In this document: piece by piece, positions 18,936 through 29,272 of the stretch | How positions within the stretch are numbered: position 1 is the first letter of the stretch | How the letters are laid out: each line of letters starts with the position of its first letter | From: an uncultured Gemmatimonadales bacterium | GTDB taxonomy: Bacteria; Gemmatimonadota; Gemmatimonadetes; Longimicrobiales; Gaopeijiaceae | Direction: 5' to 3' | Assembly (NCBI GenBank): GCA_963823035.1 | Contig: CAWGKG010000012.1 | Span: 160,001 to 224,000 of the forward strand | Length of the DNA stretch: 64,000 bases | Notes under the pieces: generated by a model | Told to the model about the DNA's origin: nothing | Database searches by the model: none | Seen by the model: only the letters and a program-made list of their open reading frames with translations | Program-made: the position numbers and the translations under genes

Positions 18936-20426
18936 ATGCGTCGTCCCTCCCCTTTGCTCCTTCTCCTCGCCGTGCTCGCCACGGGATGCGACGGTCGCGA
19001 GACCGCCACGGAGCCCGCGGTTCCGGACCACACCGCCGAGGCGGCGAATCACGAGACCAGCTTCAGCACGGACCAGCCGGCGCTCGCTGAGGTCCTCGTG
19101 CCCGGGCGCGTCACGCCCCTGGTCACAGCCGGCGACCTCATGCCCGGCGGCGAGCGGCTCGTCGGCGTCCCCGACGGGATCGGCCTCTGGGGGGGCAAGG
19201 GCAACCTGAACATGTACCTGAACCACGAGATCTCCGGTGCCTCCCGCGTGTCGCGGTTCTCCATCGACCCGCGCCGCTTCGCCGTCCTCGCGCACGAGTA
19301 CACGATCGACGGCACCGAGGGCTACGACCGCCTCTGCTCGGCGGCGTGGGTCGACGCCGGTGACGGCTTTCCCGGCGGGTGGTTCTTCACCGGTGAAGAG
19401 ACGACGGAAGGCGTCCAGCTCGCCATCGACGCGCGGGGCAACGTCACCGAGATGCCGTGGATCGGCCTCTACAACCACGAGAACCAGATCTCCGTGCCGG
19501 GCTTCCGCGGGCAGGTGGCGGTCCTGAACTTCGACGACAACGGCGGCAGCGGCCCGGGCCGCGTCGGCGCCCGCTCGGAGCTGTACATGTACGTGGCGCG
19601 CAGCAGCGCGGACGTGCTCCGCGGGCACGGCCAACTCTACGTCTTCGCCGCGGACGACGCCGACCTCCTCCCTAACGACCTGACGCCGAACGCGGCGGTC
19701 GACGGACACTGGATCGCGGTGCCCGAGGCCCTCGCCACCGACGCCGCGGCGCTCAACCAGTTCGCCGACGACCAGCTCGCCTTCCCGTTCATACGGCTGG
19801 AGGACGGCTTCTACGACAAGCAGGCCCGTACGTCCAGGCACGGCGACCCCCACGACGCCCGCGGCCGTCGGTACGGCCGCGACCACCACAAACCGGCCGC
19901 CTACTTCTTCGACACGGGGCGCAAGAACGTCACGGACCCCGAGGACGGCACGCCGATCGATCCGTGGGGCTCGATCTACCGGGTGGAGTTCCAGGATTCG
20001 CACGATCCGGCCGGTCCCACCACGCTCACGCTGCTGGCCCGCTCCTCGGGCCCGGCGACCATGTGGGCCTCGCCGGACAACGGCGACATGACCGCCGACG
20101 GCACGATCATGCTCCAGGAGGACCCGGCGAACGGCCCGTGGGAGCCCACGGGTGGGGTGCGTCCCCCGGCGATCTTCTCGCTCCAACTCGGATGGGACGG
20201 CGCGCTGTTGGACCCTGCCGGCACGAAGGTCGCCCAGGTCTCGGGCGGCGACTGCTCGGACGCAGGCCCGGGCGACTGCTGGGAGACCTCCGGGATCGTC
20301 GACGCCTCCGCTTGGTTTGGGCGCGGGGCGTGGCTCTTCGACGTGCAAGCCCACGACGAGCCGGTGCCGGACTGCCCGGAGTGCATCGAGAACGGGCAGG
20401 TGCTCCTGCTGAAGCTCGGGCGCTGA
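18936..20426 (+). CDS. PhoX-like (DUF839) beta-propeller lipoprotein, putative alkaline phosphatase
   Basis: AGGAGG RBS and lipobox LATGC. Motifs PDGIG, YLNHE, RLCSA, FTGEE, HEN, RLEDG, SPDN, LQED, ETSG and VQAH. Confidence 0.75.
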   Translation: MRRPSPLLLLLAVLATGCDGRETATEPAVPDHTAEAANHETSFSTDQPALAEVLVPGRVTPLVTAGDLMPGGERLVGVPDGIGLWGGKGNLNMYLNHEISGASRVSRFSIDPRRFAVLAHEYTIDGTEGYDRLCSAAWVDAGDGFPGGWFFTGEETTEGVQLAIDARGNVTEMPWIGLYNHENQISVPGFRGQVAVLNFDDNGGSGPGRVGARSELYMYVARSSADVLRGHGQLYVFAADDADLLPNDLTPNAAVDGHWIAVPEALATDAAALNQFADDQLAFPFIRLEDGFYDKQARTSRHGDPHDARGRRYGRDHHKPAAYFFDTGRKNVTDPEDGTPIDPWGSIYRVEFQDSHDPAGPTTLTLLARSSGPATMWASPDNGDMTADGTIMLQEDPANGPWEPTGGVRPPAIFSLQLGWDGALLDPAGTKVAQVSGGDCSDAGPGDCWETSGIVDASAWFGRGAWLFDVQAHDEPVPDCPECIENGQVLLLKLGR

Positions 20427-20529
20427 CCCCGGGAAGCCCTGGGGGATGTGGCGAATCGCCGCATCCCATCCCACCCCGGCGCGGTCTCCGGAGGCCGCGC
20501 GGGGGTGGGGCCAGCGGGAGGAAGCCCCG

Positions 20530-22002
20530 TCAGAACACCGGTCCGACGACGCGGCGGGCCTCCTCCAACTCCGCCACGGCGTCCGGGTCCGGACGGGTGA
20601 CGAGGCTGAAGCCGATCGTGCAGGCGAAGCCGACCACGAAGCCGGGGATCATCTCGTAGAGGTCCCAGAAGCGCTCCTTGAGCGCGACGACCCACACCAC
20701 CGTGGTGACGAACCCGCCCACCATGCCCGCGATCGCGCCCGCCCGCGTGGTGCGCTTCCAGAAGAGCGAGCACAGCACCACCGGCGTGAAGGCCGCGGCG
20801 ATCCCCGACCACGCGAAGAGCACGAACCAGAAGATCATCCGTGTCTGCGACAGCGCGAGGCCGATGCCGACCAGGCCGATCACAACGGTGACCGCCTTGC
20901 CGAGGAGCGAGAGCCGCCGCTGATCGGCGTCGGGCAAGAAGACATTCTGGACCACATCGCGCACCACCACGGACGAGGCAAGGATGAGCAGCGAGTCCAC
21001 GGTGGACATGATGGCCGCGAGAACCACGACCAGGAAGATCCCGGTGAAGAAGGCGGGAAAGAGCGCGTGGCTGAGCTCGGGGAGTACGCTCTCGGGGTCC
21101 GCGAGGCCTGGGAAGAGAACGCGGCCCGCCATCCCCGACAGCACCGCTCCCACGTCGAAGCCGATCACGCACAGCACGGCCCACAGCCCTCCATCCTCGA
21201 TCTCGCGCCGGTCGCGCGCCGCCATGAAGCGCGCCAGGAGCTGAGGGGATCCCAAGAAGGCGAGGCCGATGGCCACGAAGCCGAAGGCGCTCGCGAAGCC
21301 GCCGATCGACATGCCGAAAGAGCCCATCGGCTTCAGCAGGTCCGGGTCGGCGGCACGCAGCGCGCCCATGGTGGCATCCCACCCGCCCGCCGCGGGGATG
21401 GCCACGAGGGGAAGGGTCACCAGGCAGCCCAACATGAGCACGCCCTGCAGGAAGTCCGAGTACGCCACGGCCTTGAAGCCGCCCACCGAGGTGTAGAAGA
21501 GCACGATCGCGAGGCCGATCCATACGCCCACCCCGTAACCCGTGTGCAGGAAGGTGTCGAAGGCCTTTCCCGACGCGGTGAGCTGCGCGGCGACGTAGGC
21601 GGTGACCATGCTCAGGAGGATCACCGCCGAGAGGATCCGGAAGACGTGCCGCGTGTCGCGGAAGCGCGCGGTCAGATAGTCGGGGACGGTGATCGCGTCG
21701 TAGCGGTCGGTGAGCACCTTGAAGGGCCGCGCCACGAAGACCCACGCCGTCGCGACGCCCAGCACCTCGCCCATGATCACCCAGAAGGCATGGACGCCCA
21801 CCGCGTAGCCCATCCCCGTGAGGCCGAGGAGGAGCCACGCGCTCTCGCCGGTCGCGTTGGAGCTGAAGGCGATCACCCACGCCGGAAGCCGCTTTCCGGC
21901 CAGGAAGTACCCCTTCATGTCGGTCGATTCGCGGCTCCCCCACACGCCGATGGCAAGGAGGACGACCAGATAGCCCACCAGCACGGCGACGATCGTGGTC
22001 AC
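20530..22002 (-). CDS. putP: Sodium/proline symporter (SSS family)
   Basis: YFLAGKRL, SSNATGESAWLLLGLTG, GGFKAVAYSD, GSPQLLARFM and LAAIMSTVDS. Many TM helices. Confidence 0.85.
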   Translation of the reverse strand: MTTIVAVLVGYLVVLLAIGVWGSRESTDMKGYFLAGKRLPAWVIAFSSNATGESAWLLLGLTGMGYAVGVHAFWVIMGEVLGVATAWVFVARPFKVLTDRYDAITVPDYLTARFRDTRHVFRILSAVILLSMVTAYVAAQLTASGKAFDTFLHTGYGVGVWIGLAIVLFYTSVGGFKAVAYSDFLQGVLMLGCLVTLPLVAIPAAGGWDATMGALRAADPDLLKPMGSFGMSIGGFASAFGFVAIGLAFLGSPQLLARFMAARDRREIEDGGLWAVLCVIGFDVGAVLSGMAGRVLFPGLADPESVLPELSHALFPAFFTGIFLVVVLAAIMSTVDSLLILASSVVVRDVVQNVFLPDADQRRLSLLGKAVTVVIGLVGIGLALSQTRMIFWFVLFAWSGIAAAFTPVVLCSLFWKRTTRAGAIAGMVGGFVTTVVWVVALKERFWDLYEMIPGFVVGFACTIGFSLVTRPDPDAVAELEEARRVVGPVF

Positions 22003-22109
22003 CGCCGGTCCCTCCGGCGGTCACGGCGGCGGGCGCGGTAGAAGGAGACCTCGAGGCTCAGGCCGAGCCCGACGGCGACGACGAGGAGAGCCCAGGCATC
22101 GAGGGGCAT
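21999..22109 (-). CDS. Small single-pass membrane protein (36 aa), putative symporter accessory subunit
   Basis: Manual translation MPLDAWALLVVAVGLGLSLEVSFYRARRRDRRRDRR*. GGAGG upstream. ATG 3 nt after the previous stop, and its TGA overlaps the symporter GTG. Confidence 0.75.
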   Translation of the reverse strand: MPLDAWALLVVAVGLGLSLEVSFYRARRRDRRRDRR

Positions 22110-22112
22110 CGC

Positions 22113-24641
22113 TCAGCCCTCCGCGTCTCCGTCCAGCACGCGATCGATGCGGACCAGCACGTCCTCGAGGTGCGCCCGTGTGGCCGGATGGCGGATACGC
22201 CGCGCGGCACGCTCCACCCCTGAACGGAGCGCGACGAGCTGCGCGCGCAGGAGCGGCCGGATGTCCGAGCGGCTCACATCGGGCGCCGGGCCCTGGAACG
22301 CGTTCGAGGTGGGCTCCTCCGTCATGAGGTACTCGACCCGCTCCAGCCACGCCCGCTGCAGCGCCCGGCGGTATCCGTCCACGGCGGAGGTCTGCTGGAG
22401 GTCGCCCCAGACGGCCGCGCGCACGTCGTCGAGGAACTCGACCAGCGGATAGGCGTCCCCGGGCTGAAGCGCCTCCATCTCCGAGAGCGTCGCCATGCGG
22501 CGTGGATCCAGGAGCCGCGTGAGCACGGAGGCCTGCCGGGCGGACAGCGCGGCGAAGCCCCCTCCCGCCGTCGGGCCCACGCGCTCGAGGATCGCGGGGT
22601 CGTTCAGCCAGACCGGCGCCTCGAACACCTCGCGCGTGAGCCAGCCCATGGCCTGCTTCTGCCTTTCGCGCGGCACGCCGTCGTAGACCACGCCCGCCTG
22701 GTCCGACACCTTGAGGTCCACGTAGACGCCGCCCACCATGGTGAGCACGTGGCCCACGTAGCGGTTCCACTGTGTCAGGGCCTCGCCGTACAGCTCCGCC
22801 AGGTCCTCGTAGTCCTCGCCGGGCTTGGTCGTCCACGCCACCAGGTTGGGCACGATACGCTTCAGGTTGGCCATCCCATACTCGGTGGCGCGCACGGGTT
22901 CGTCTCCCATGTCCTCCGTCTGCGCGCGCGGGTCCGCCACGCCGAGACCGCCCTGCGGGAGGTAGCGGTACATGGGATCGTCCGCGTGCTCCTTGATCCA
23001 TCCGTCCAACACCGGCCTCTCGGCCTCCGGCGTCCTCGCGTTCGGCAGGACCCGATAGCCCCAGTTCACGATGTAGTGGTCGTACGGCCCGATGCGGCGC
23101 AGGAAGTCCTCGGGGCGGAGCCCGTCGCCCGGCTGGGCGATGTAGTTCTGGCGGGCGTAGTCCATGATGGTGGGCGCCACGCCGTACCGGCTCGCGAACG
23201 ACTGCGAGCGCAGGGAGTCCACCGGGAAGGACGAGCTCGCGATCATGTTGTGCGGCAGTCCGATCGCATGCCCGATCTCGTGCGTGATCACCTGCTCCAT
23301 CGCCTCGTCCATCAACCGCCCGTCGATGGGCAGGCTACGCGCGCCGGGGTTCGCAGCGCCGGTCTGCACCATCATCCAGTTGCGGTACGAGCGCATGTGG
23401 TTGTGGTACCAGGTGATGTCGCTCTCGATGATCTCGCCCGTGCGCGGATCCGACGTGCTCGGGCCCACGGCGTTGCGGGTGAGGCTCGCCGTCCAGCGCA
23501 CCACGGAGTAGCGCACATCCTCCGGGTCCCACTCCGGGTCCTCCTCGCGGGAGGGCGGATCGAGGCAGACGATCGCGTTCTTGAAGCCGGCCGTCTCGAA
23601 CGCCGCCTGCCAGTTCTCGACGCCGCGCTTCACGGCGCCGCGCCAACGCTCGGGCGTGGCCGGGTCCACGTAATAGGTGATGGGCTTCACCGGCTCCACG
23701 AGCTCACCGCGGGCATAGGCCGCCGGGTCCTTCGGCTCGAGGCGCCAGCGACGGATGAACCGCTGGGTGGCGGCCTTCTGCTCGTCGAGCCCGTAGTTGA
23801 CGCGCTCGATGCTGAAGAAGCCGGCGCGCTCGTCCGCGTAGCGCGGGCGCATGGGCTCGGCCGGGAGGAGCACGAGCGACTGGTTCATCTCCATGGAGAT
23901 CGTGCCGGTCTCCTCCGCCGAGGGGGGCTCGCCCGCCTCGTAGGTCAGGACGTGGCGCACGTTCACGTTCTGCGGATAGCTCCGTCCGGACTCGATGTAG
24001 CTCCGCGCCGGATCGAGCCGCCGCACCTGGTACTCGCGGCGCTGACCGGGGCTCAGGCCCGAGATCGCGGGCGTGTCGCCCTTGTAGAAGTCCGTGACGT
24101 CGACCACGGTCGACGCGCTGTCCGGCCCGACGGCCTTCACGGGGAAGGAGGCCAGCACCGGTGCGAAGTTGTTCGCCGCGACCGAGCGCCAGATCGGTAG
24201 GGCCTCGTCTGCCACGGCGCGCGTGCCCTCGCGGCGCAGAAGGATGCGGTCCTCCACTCGCTCCCAGCGAACGAGCTGCTCGTTGACGCTCGTGCCCGCG
24301 GAGAGGAAGCCGCCCATGTCGGAGGGCACCCCCGCGATGCGGGAGATGAGGAGCATGTCCCGCCCCAGGAGGGAGTCGGGGATCTCGAAGAGCATCTTGT
24401 CGGCGACGCGGTGCACCACGAACAGGCCGCTGTCGCTGCGGGCCCGCTCGGGGACGACCTCACGGTAGGGCTTCGGGGTCTCCTGGGCGTCCCCGCCCCG
24501 GGCGCCCGCGCCCTGGCCCCCGGCCGGACCGGGGGGCGGTGTCGGGCGCGCCCGCCCGCCGCAGGCGGTGGTCAGGGCGAAGAGAAAGGTGGCCGCCAGG
24601 CCCAAGGTCGCACGTCCCCGTCGTCGTCCCATCGTTCCCAT
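22113..24641 (-). CDS. Zinc-dependent metalloprotease lipoprotein (DUF5117/DUF5118 + EcxA-type domain)
   Basis: Lipobox TTAC, RWRLEPKD, DPRTGEII, HEIGHAIGLPH and Met-turn TIMDY. Confidence 0.9.
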   Translation of the reverse strand: MGTMGRRRGRATLGLAATFLFALTTACGGRARPTPPPGPAGGQGAGARGGDAQETPKPYREVVPERARSDSGLFVVHRVADKMLFEIPDSLLGRDMLLISRIAGVPSDMGGFLSAGTSVNEQLVRWERVEDRILLRREGTRAVADEALPIWRSVAANNFAPVLASFPVKAVGPDSASTVVDVTDFYKGDTPAISGLSPGQRREYQVRRLDPARSYIESGRSYPQNVNVRHVLTYEAGEPPSAEETGTISMEMNQSLVLLPAEPMRPRYADERAGFFSIERVNYGLDEQKAATQRFIRRWRLEPKDPAAYARGELVEPVKPITYYVDPATPERWRGAVKRGVENWQAAFETAGFKNAIVCLDPPSREEDPEWDPEDVRYSVVRWTASLTRNAVGPSTSDPRTGEIIESDITWYHNHMRSYRNWMMVQTGAANPGARSLPIDGRLMDEAMEQVITHEIGHAIGLPHNMIASSSFPVDSLRSQSFASRYGVAPTIMDYARQNYIAQPGDGLRPEDFLRRIGPYDHYIVNWGYRVLPNARTPEAERPVLDGWIKEHADDPMYRYLPQGGLGVADPRAQTEDMGDEPVRATEYGMANLKRIVPNLVAWTTKPGEDYEDLAELYGEALTQWNRYVGHVLTMVGGVYVDLKVSDQAGVVYDGVPRERQKQAMGWLTREVFEAPVWLNDPAILERVGPTAGGGFAALSARQASVLTRLLDPRRMATLSEMEALQPGDAYPLVEFLDDVRAAVWGDLQQTSAVDGYRRALQRAWLERVEYLMTEEPTSNAFQGPAPDVSRSDIRPLLRAQLVALRSGVERAARRIRHPATRAHLEDVLVRIDRVLDGDAEG

Positions 24642-25999
24642 GATCTCGCAGTCCCGGTTGATCGCGTTGGTGTCGGCCCTCGTCTATCATATCCCACGCG
24701 CGCACAGGCGCGGCCCAGCTTCTCCAGACCCTCGCCGATCTCGTCCTCGGTGACGAGGAGCGACGGCCCGATCCGCACGCAGTGCCCCCACATCCCGCCC
24801 TGGCCCAGCAGAACGCCTTCCTCGCGGCATGCCTCGAGCAGCGCACCGGTGCGCTTCGCGTCGGGTTTCTTGCCCGCGGGATCCTCGACGATCTCCATCG
24901 CCTGCATCAGCCCCATGCCGCGCACGTCGCCGATCCACGGGTGCCGGCGCTGCAGCGCGAGGAGGCCGTCGCGGAGCTGGATGCCCCGCTCCTCCGCTCG
25001 CGCGTACACCCGCTCCTCCTTCATCACCTCGAGCGTGGCGCACATGGCGGCCATGCAGATCGGGTTGCCGCCGAACGTCGAGATCGTCTTCCCGCGCCAG
25101 GATGCGGCGATCTCATCCGTGGTGATCGTGGCACCGACCGGGAAGCCGCCGGCGATCCCCTTGGCCATCACCATGATGTCGGGCAGCACCCCGAAGTGCT
25201 CGATGCCGAACCAGTGGCGCCCGGTGCGGCCGAAGCCGGCCTGCACCTCGTCGATGACGAGGAGGCCACCGTACGAGCGGATGATTTCGGCCGCCCGTTC
25301 GAAGTAGCCCGGCGGTGGCACCACGTAGCCACCGACCCCCTGGATGGTCTCCGCGATGAACGCCGCGGGCTGCCCGTTGGTGGAGGTGAGGATCACCTCC
25401 TCCAGGTCGCGGGCGAAGGCCTCCGCGCACGACTCGTCGCACGGCTGCTTGAACGGACACCGGTAGGCATACGGAGACATGGCGTGGTGGATGCCGGCCA
25501 CCCGGGTCGCCAACGGCCGCCAGGCCGAGTGCGCGGTGACGTTGGTCGCCATGAACGACCGCCCGTGGTAACCCATGCGCAGCGCGATGATCTCGCTCCG
25601 CCCCGTGTGCAGGCACGCCATCATCAGGGCCGTCTCGATGGCCTCCGTGCCCGAGTTCGTGAAGAAGGTGCGCGTGAGGTTGCCCGGGGCCACCTCCGCC
25701 AAGCGGCGCGCGGCCTCGACCTGCACGTCGGTGGCGTAGAGCGTGGACACGTGCCCCAGCCGACCCATCTGCTCGGTCACACGCTCGATGATGCGTGGGT
25801 GGGCGTGACCGAGCGACGTGGTCAGGATGCCGCTGAAGAGGTCGAGGTACTCGTTGCCGTCAGCGTCCCGCACACGCGCGCCCTTCCCCTCCACGAGAGG
25901 AAGGGGCTCGGCGTACATGTGGAGCAGGGCCGGCAGCAGATACTCACGCTGCCCGGCTACGATGTCGGCGTTGGTCGCGGATGCGCTCGCGGTGCTCAT
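24572..25999 (-). CDS. Class-III PLP aminotransferase (AGXT2/GABA-AT-like)
   Basis: YLDLFSGI, FFTNSGTEA, YHGRS, DEVQAGFGRTG, PLP-Lys AKGIAGG and STFGGNP. ATG at 25999. The true 3' end may be near 24687. Confidence 0.9.
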   Translation of the reverse strand: MSTASASATNADIVAGQREYLLPALLHMYAEPLPLVEGKGARVRDADGNEYLDLFSGILTTSLGHAHPRIIERVTEQMGRLGHVSTLYATDVQVEAARRLAEVAPGNLTRTFFTNSGTEAIETALMMACLHTGRSEIIALRMGYHGRSFMATNVTAHSAWRPLATRVAGIHHAMSPYAYRCPFKQPCDESCAEAFARDLEEVILTSTNGQPAAFIAETIQGVGGYVVPPPGYFERAAEIIRSYGGLLVIDEVQAGFGRTGRHWFGIEHFGVLPDIMVMAKGIAGGFPVGATITTDEIAASWRGKTISTFGGNPICMAAMCATLEVMKEERVYARAEERGIQLRDGLLALQRRHPWIGDVRGMGLMQAMEIVEDPAGKKPDAKRTGALLEACREEGVLLGQGGMWGHCVRIGPSLLVTEDEIGEGLEKLGRACARVGYDRRGPTPTRSTGTARSWERWDDDGDVRPWAWRPPFSSP

Positions 26000-26154
26000 G
26001 CTCACCACCTGGAGAGGACGACGGCTGCGTCGGCGTTGAAAGCGCCTGCGGCGCGGCACGAGGCCGCCCGATCGACGTCCCAACCTCCGGGCCGGGGGGC
26101 CGGTCGGCAAGGAGGATCGTCCCGAAGGACCGCGTCCGAAGGCCGGTCCTTCCC

Positions 26155-27116
26155 TCAGATCCGGCTGGCTCCCGCGCTTCGACTCGGCCGCCATCCGGTC
26201 CAGCGCACGGTGCAGCCGGTCGGTGAAGTCCGGTCCCTGGTGCCTCAGGCCGTCCCCCGTGCGGAGCCTCTGCCGCCAGAAGTCCATGGCCTCGCGGACG
26301 TGGATCGGGCCGGGCGCCTCGTCCAGGAGCGCCGACACCGAGGCGCGATAGAACACCTCGTCGGCGCCCGGCGGACCCCACCCGGCCCTCTCCCAGTCGA
26401 GGACGATCAGGTCCCCGTTCGGAAGCTCTCGCACCGTCCAGGGCGCCAGCTCTCCGTGCATGGGATGCCAGTGGTTGGGCATGGACGTGGGGCGGGGCAG
26501 CGTCGACAGCCCGATGTTGATCTCGCCGACGATGCGACCGAGCGGCGGCGCGGAGGCCATGCGGTGGATCTTCGGCGGCAGGGGCCGCATGAGCAGGAAC
26601 CTCCAGCCGCTCACCTCACCGCTCGCGACGATCTTCGGGATGGTGAAGCCGTGCGGCCTCGACCGCGTCAGGAGCTGCACCGCGAGCTCCTCGCGCTCCA
26701 GCCCGGCCGTGCCGCTGGGCGCGACCTTCACCATCGCGCCGGGCTCGCCGTCGTGGATGAGGAGCAGGCGAAGCTCCGCGCTGGTCCCCGGCGCGGTAGG
26801 ACACCGCCACCGAGTCGAAGGCGCCGATCTCCCAGCGCCACTGGCGCGTCAGTGCCTTCCACACCGCGTCGTCCATCGGGGGTGTCCACGGCGCCGACCG
26901 CCCCGGCAGCGCCCTCGGGCCCAGGAGGGCGGTCGCCCGCCACGCCATCTTCTGCGCGCGGGCCGCATCCGGCCGACAGGCAGGGTACATGGCGATGCCC
27001 GCGAGCGCCGCCTTCCTGGACGACGTGGGGACGTGGATCTGCTCGGCCCCAGGCGCGAAGCGCTTGAAGCTGCTCTCGAGAACGCGTCCGTTCGCGAGTG
27101 ATTCGTCTGTGGTCAC
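26155..27116 (-). CDS. Aminoglycoside-phosphotransferase/kinase-like protein, frameshifted near 26780
   Basis: The N-part (ORF 26616..27116) joins the frame carrying MVKV...LERE, HGELAPW and VLDWE. 3' end uncertain because there is no in-frame stop before the aminotransferase. Confidence 0.6.
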
Positions 27117-27222
27117 GGATCCTGTGGCCGCTGGTCTCGTGCGTACGTGTACCCTTGTCGCTGCAAAAAGCGTTCCGATCGGCCCTGTCCGCCGGTCTCC
27201 GGACTCGCGGTCCCGTTGAAAC

Positions 27223-27681
27223 TCAGAAGCCGCCCATCTTCTTGATCTTCCGGAACTCCTCGGCGCGCACCGACTGCACCGAGAGCCGCCCGTAGCGGAC
27301 GAGCTCCATATCCTCGAGCGCCGCCTCGGCCTTCACGTCGTCCAGCCCGACCGGCTTGGGCAGCTTGGCGACGAAGGCGATGTCCACCAGCGACCAGCGC
27401 GGATCGTCGGGCTTCGACTTCGCGTCGTGGTAGTGGCTCTTGCGGTCGAACTGCGTCGGGTCCGGATAGGCTTCGCGGTCCACGCGGGCGATGCCCACGA
27501 TCGACGGCGGCTTCGCGTTGCTGTGGTAGTACAGCACCTCGTCGCCCACCTTCATGTCCCGCATATTGTTGCGGGCCCTGTAGTTACGGACGCCCTCCCA
27601 CATCGTGGACCCGTCGCGCTCGAGGTCGTCGATGGAGTACACCTCGGGCTCCGACTTCACGAGCCAATACCGCTTCGCCAT
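27223..27681 (-). CDS. EVE domain protein
   Basis: YWLVKSEP, WEGVRNYRARN, YYHSN, AYPDPTQFD and RLSVQ. ATG at 27681. Confidence 0.93.
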   Translation of the reverse strand: MAKRYWLVKSEPEVYSIDDLERDGSTMWEGVRNYRARNNMRDMKVGDEVLYYHSNAKPPSIVGIARVDREAYPDPTQFDRKSHYHDAKSKPDDPRWSLVDIAFVAKLPKPVGLDDVKAEAALEDMELVRYGRLSVQSVRAEEFRKIKKMGGF

Positions 27682-27746
27682 ACCGTTGTCTCCCTGCCGG
27701 TCGATGCTCTCCGGACGACCGCCCCGGGCCACCCCCGACTCGGACT

Positions 27747-29165
27747 CTAGGCCGCAGCCGTGCCGATGTCGACCTTGATCCCCCGCCACTTCTCCTGGCG
27801 GAAGCGGGCGATGCTCAGCACGCAGCGCGTCGCATGGCCCAGGACGATGGCGAGCCAGATGTCGTTGGCGTGCAGTCCCCTCGTGGCCTGTAGCACCGCG
27901 CACATCCCCAGCGGCACCACGATCTGGGAGATGATCGAGATGTAGAGCGGGCCCTTGGTGTCGCCCGTGCCCTGCAGCCCGCCGGTGTACGCGAGGGCCA
28001 CCGTGATGAAGAGGCCGGACACGCTCAGATAGCGGAGAAGCTGCACGCCGAGGCGCAGCAGCTCGGGTGTCTCCATGCCGAAGACCGACAGGAGGCCTTC
28101 CGGGATGAGTACGAAGAGCAGGCCGATGATGACGGCCACGGAGAGGCCGATGCCGGAGGCGACGTGGACTGCGTGGACCGAGCGTTCGGGCTTCTGGGCA
28201 CCCAGGTTCTGCCCGGCGATGGCGGCGGTGGCGCCCATGATCCCCACCGACGTCCACGTGATGAAGCTGAAGAGCTGGGTGTAGCTCACCGCGTAGACCG
28301 CCTGCGCCTCCGCGCTCTCGGGAAGGGAGCCGACGAAGCGGAGGAGGAAGACGCCGCCCAGGTTCATCGCCACGCCCTGGATGCCGGTGGGCAGCCCGAA
28401 GCGGAACAGCTCGCGGATGATGACCAGGTCGGGCCGCCACGTCTTGAGCCCCCTGAACGCCACCACCGCCCGCCCCGAGAGGAGGAGGCCGAGGACGATG
28501 ACGCTGACCACGCCCCCAGCGATCACCGTGCCCATCGCGGCGCCGGTGGTGCCGAACGCGGGGATGGGGCCCAGCCCGCGGATGAAGATGACGTTCAGGA
28601 CGATGTTCAGGACCGTCAGCACGACCCCGAGGCGCAGCGGCGTCTGGGCGTCGCCGGCCGAGCGGAACGCGCCGCCGGTCATGAAGAACATCATCATGCC
28701 GAAGCTGAACACGAACATCGTGCGCAGGTACGGGAGCGCTTCCGCCTGCACCTCCGGCGCGGCGTTCACCAGGTTCAGGAGCTTGGGCGAGAGGAAGTAG
28801 CCCAGCGGCGCCATGAGCCCGACGGAAAGCACGGCGGCCGTGAGGAACGCCTGGTAGACGGTCCGGTTGACCTTCTCCGGATCGTTCTGGCCCGTGAAGC
28901 GCGCCACCAGCACGCCCATCCCCGTGAAGACCGAGGAGATGAAGACGATCACGACCAGGAAGATCTGCCACGAGACGCCGATGGCAGCGTTGCCCGTGTA
29001 GCCCACGTAGTGGCCGACCATGACGTGGTCGATCACGCCTTGAAGGCCGCCGATCACGTTCTGGAGCATCGTCGGCCAGGCCAGGCGCCATACGGCCCCA
29101 GGAAGGGGGCCTTCGACGATGCGCCGGTCGAAGGACCGGGGCTTGCGGACGGAGGTCGTGGCCAA
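27747..29165 (-). CDS. MATE family efflux transporter
   Basis: RLAWP, GDAQTPL, NIVLN, GAAMGT, GQNLGA and GTGDTKGP. About 12 TM segments. Start uncertain. Confidence 0.92.
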   Translation of the reverse strand: MATTSVRKPRSFDRRIVEGPLPGAVWRLAWPTMLQNVIGGLQGVIDHVMVGHYVGYTGNAAIGVSWQIFLVVIVFISSVFTGMGVLVARFTGQNDPEKVNRTVYQAFLTAAVLSVGLMAPLGYFLSPKLLNLVNAAPEVQAEALPYLRTMFVFSFGMMMFFMTGGAFRSAGDAQTPLRLGVVLTVLNIVLNVIFIRGLGPIPAFGTTGAAMGTVIAGGVVSVIVLGLLLSGRAVVAFRGLKTWRPDLVIIRELFRFGLPTGIQGVAMNLGGVFLLRFVGSLPESAEAQAVYAVSYTQLFSFITWTSVGIMGATAAIAGQNLGAQKPERSVHAVHVASGIGLSVAVIIGLLFVLIPEGLLSVFGMETPELLRLGVQLLRYLSVSGLFITVALAYTGGLQGTGDTKGPLYISIISQIVVPLGMCAVLQATRGLHANDIWLAIVLGHATRCVLSIARFRQEKWRGIKVDIGTAAA

Positions 29166-29272
29166 GGTGCAGGAGTCGGGAGGGTCGCTTTTCGAGAACC
29201 GCAAGATGTCTGACGAAGCCGGATCGCGCCATCTCGATGGACGGAGCCCGCGACCGACCATAAGCTCACCCC

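Noticed and set aside
19820..19895. His/Arg-rich insert in the PhoX-like protein
   Set aside because: Short low-complexity loop with no evidence of function.
24572..26734. 720-aa phosphotransferase-aminotransferase fusion ORF
   Set aside because: The linker is low-complexity, the aminotransferase has its own ATG at 25999, and the window shows frequent indels.
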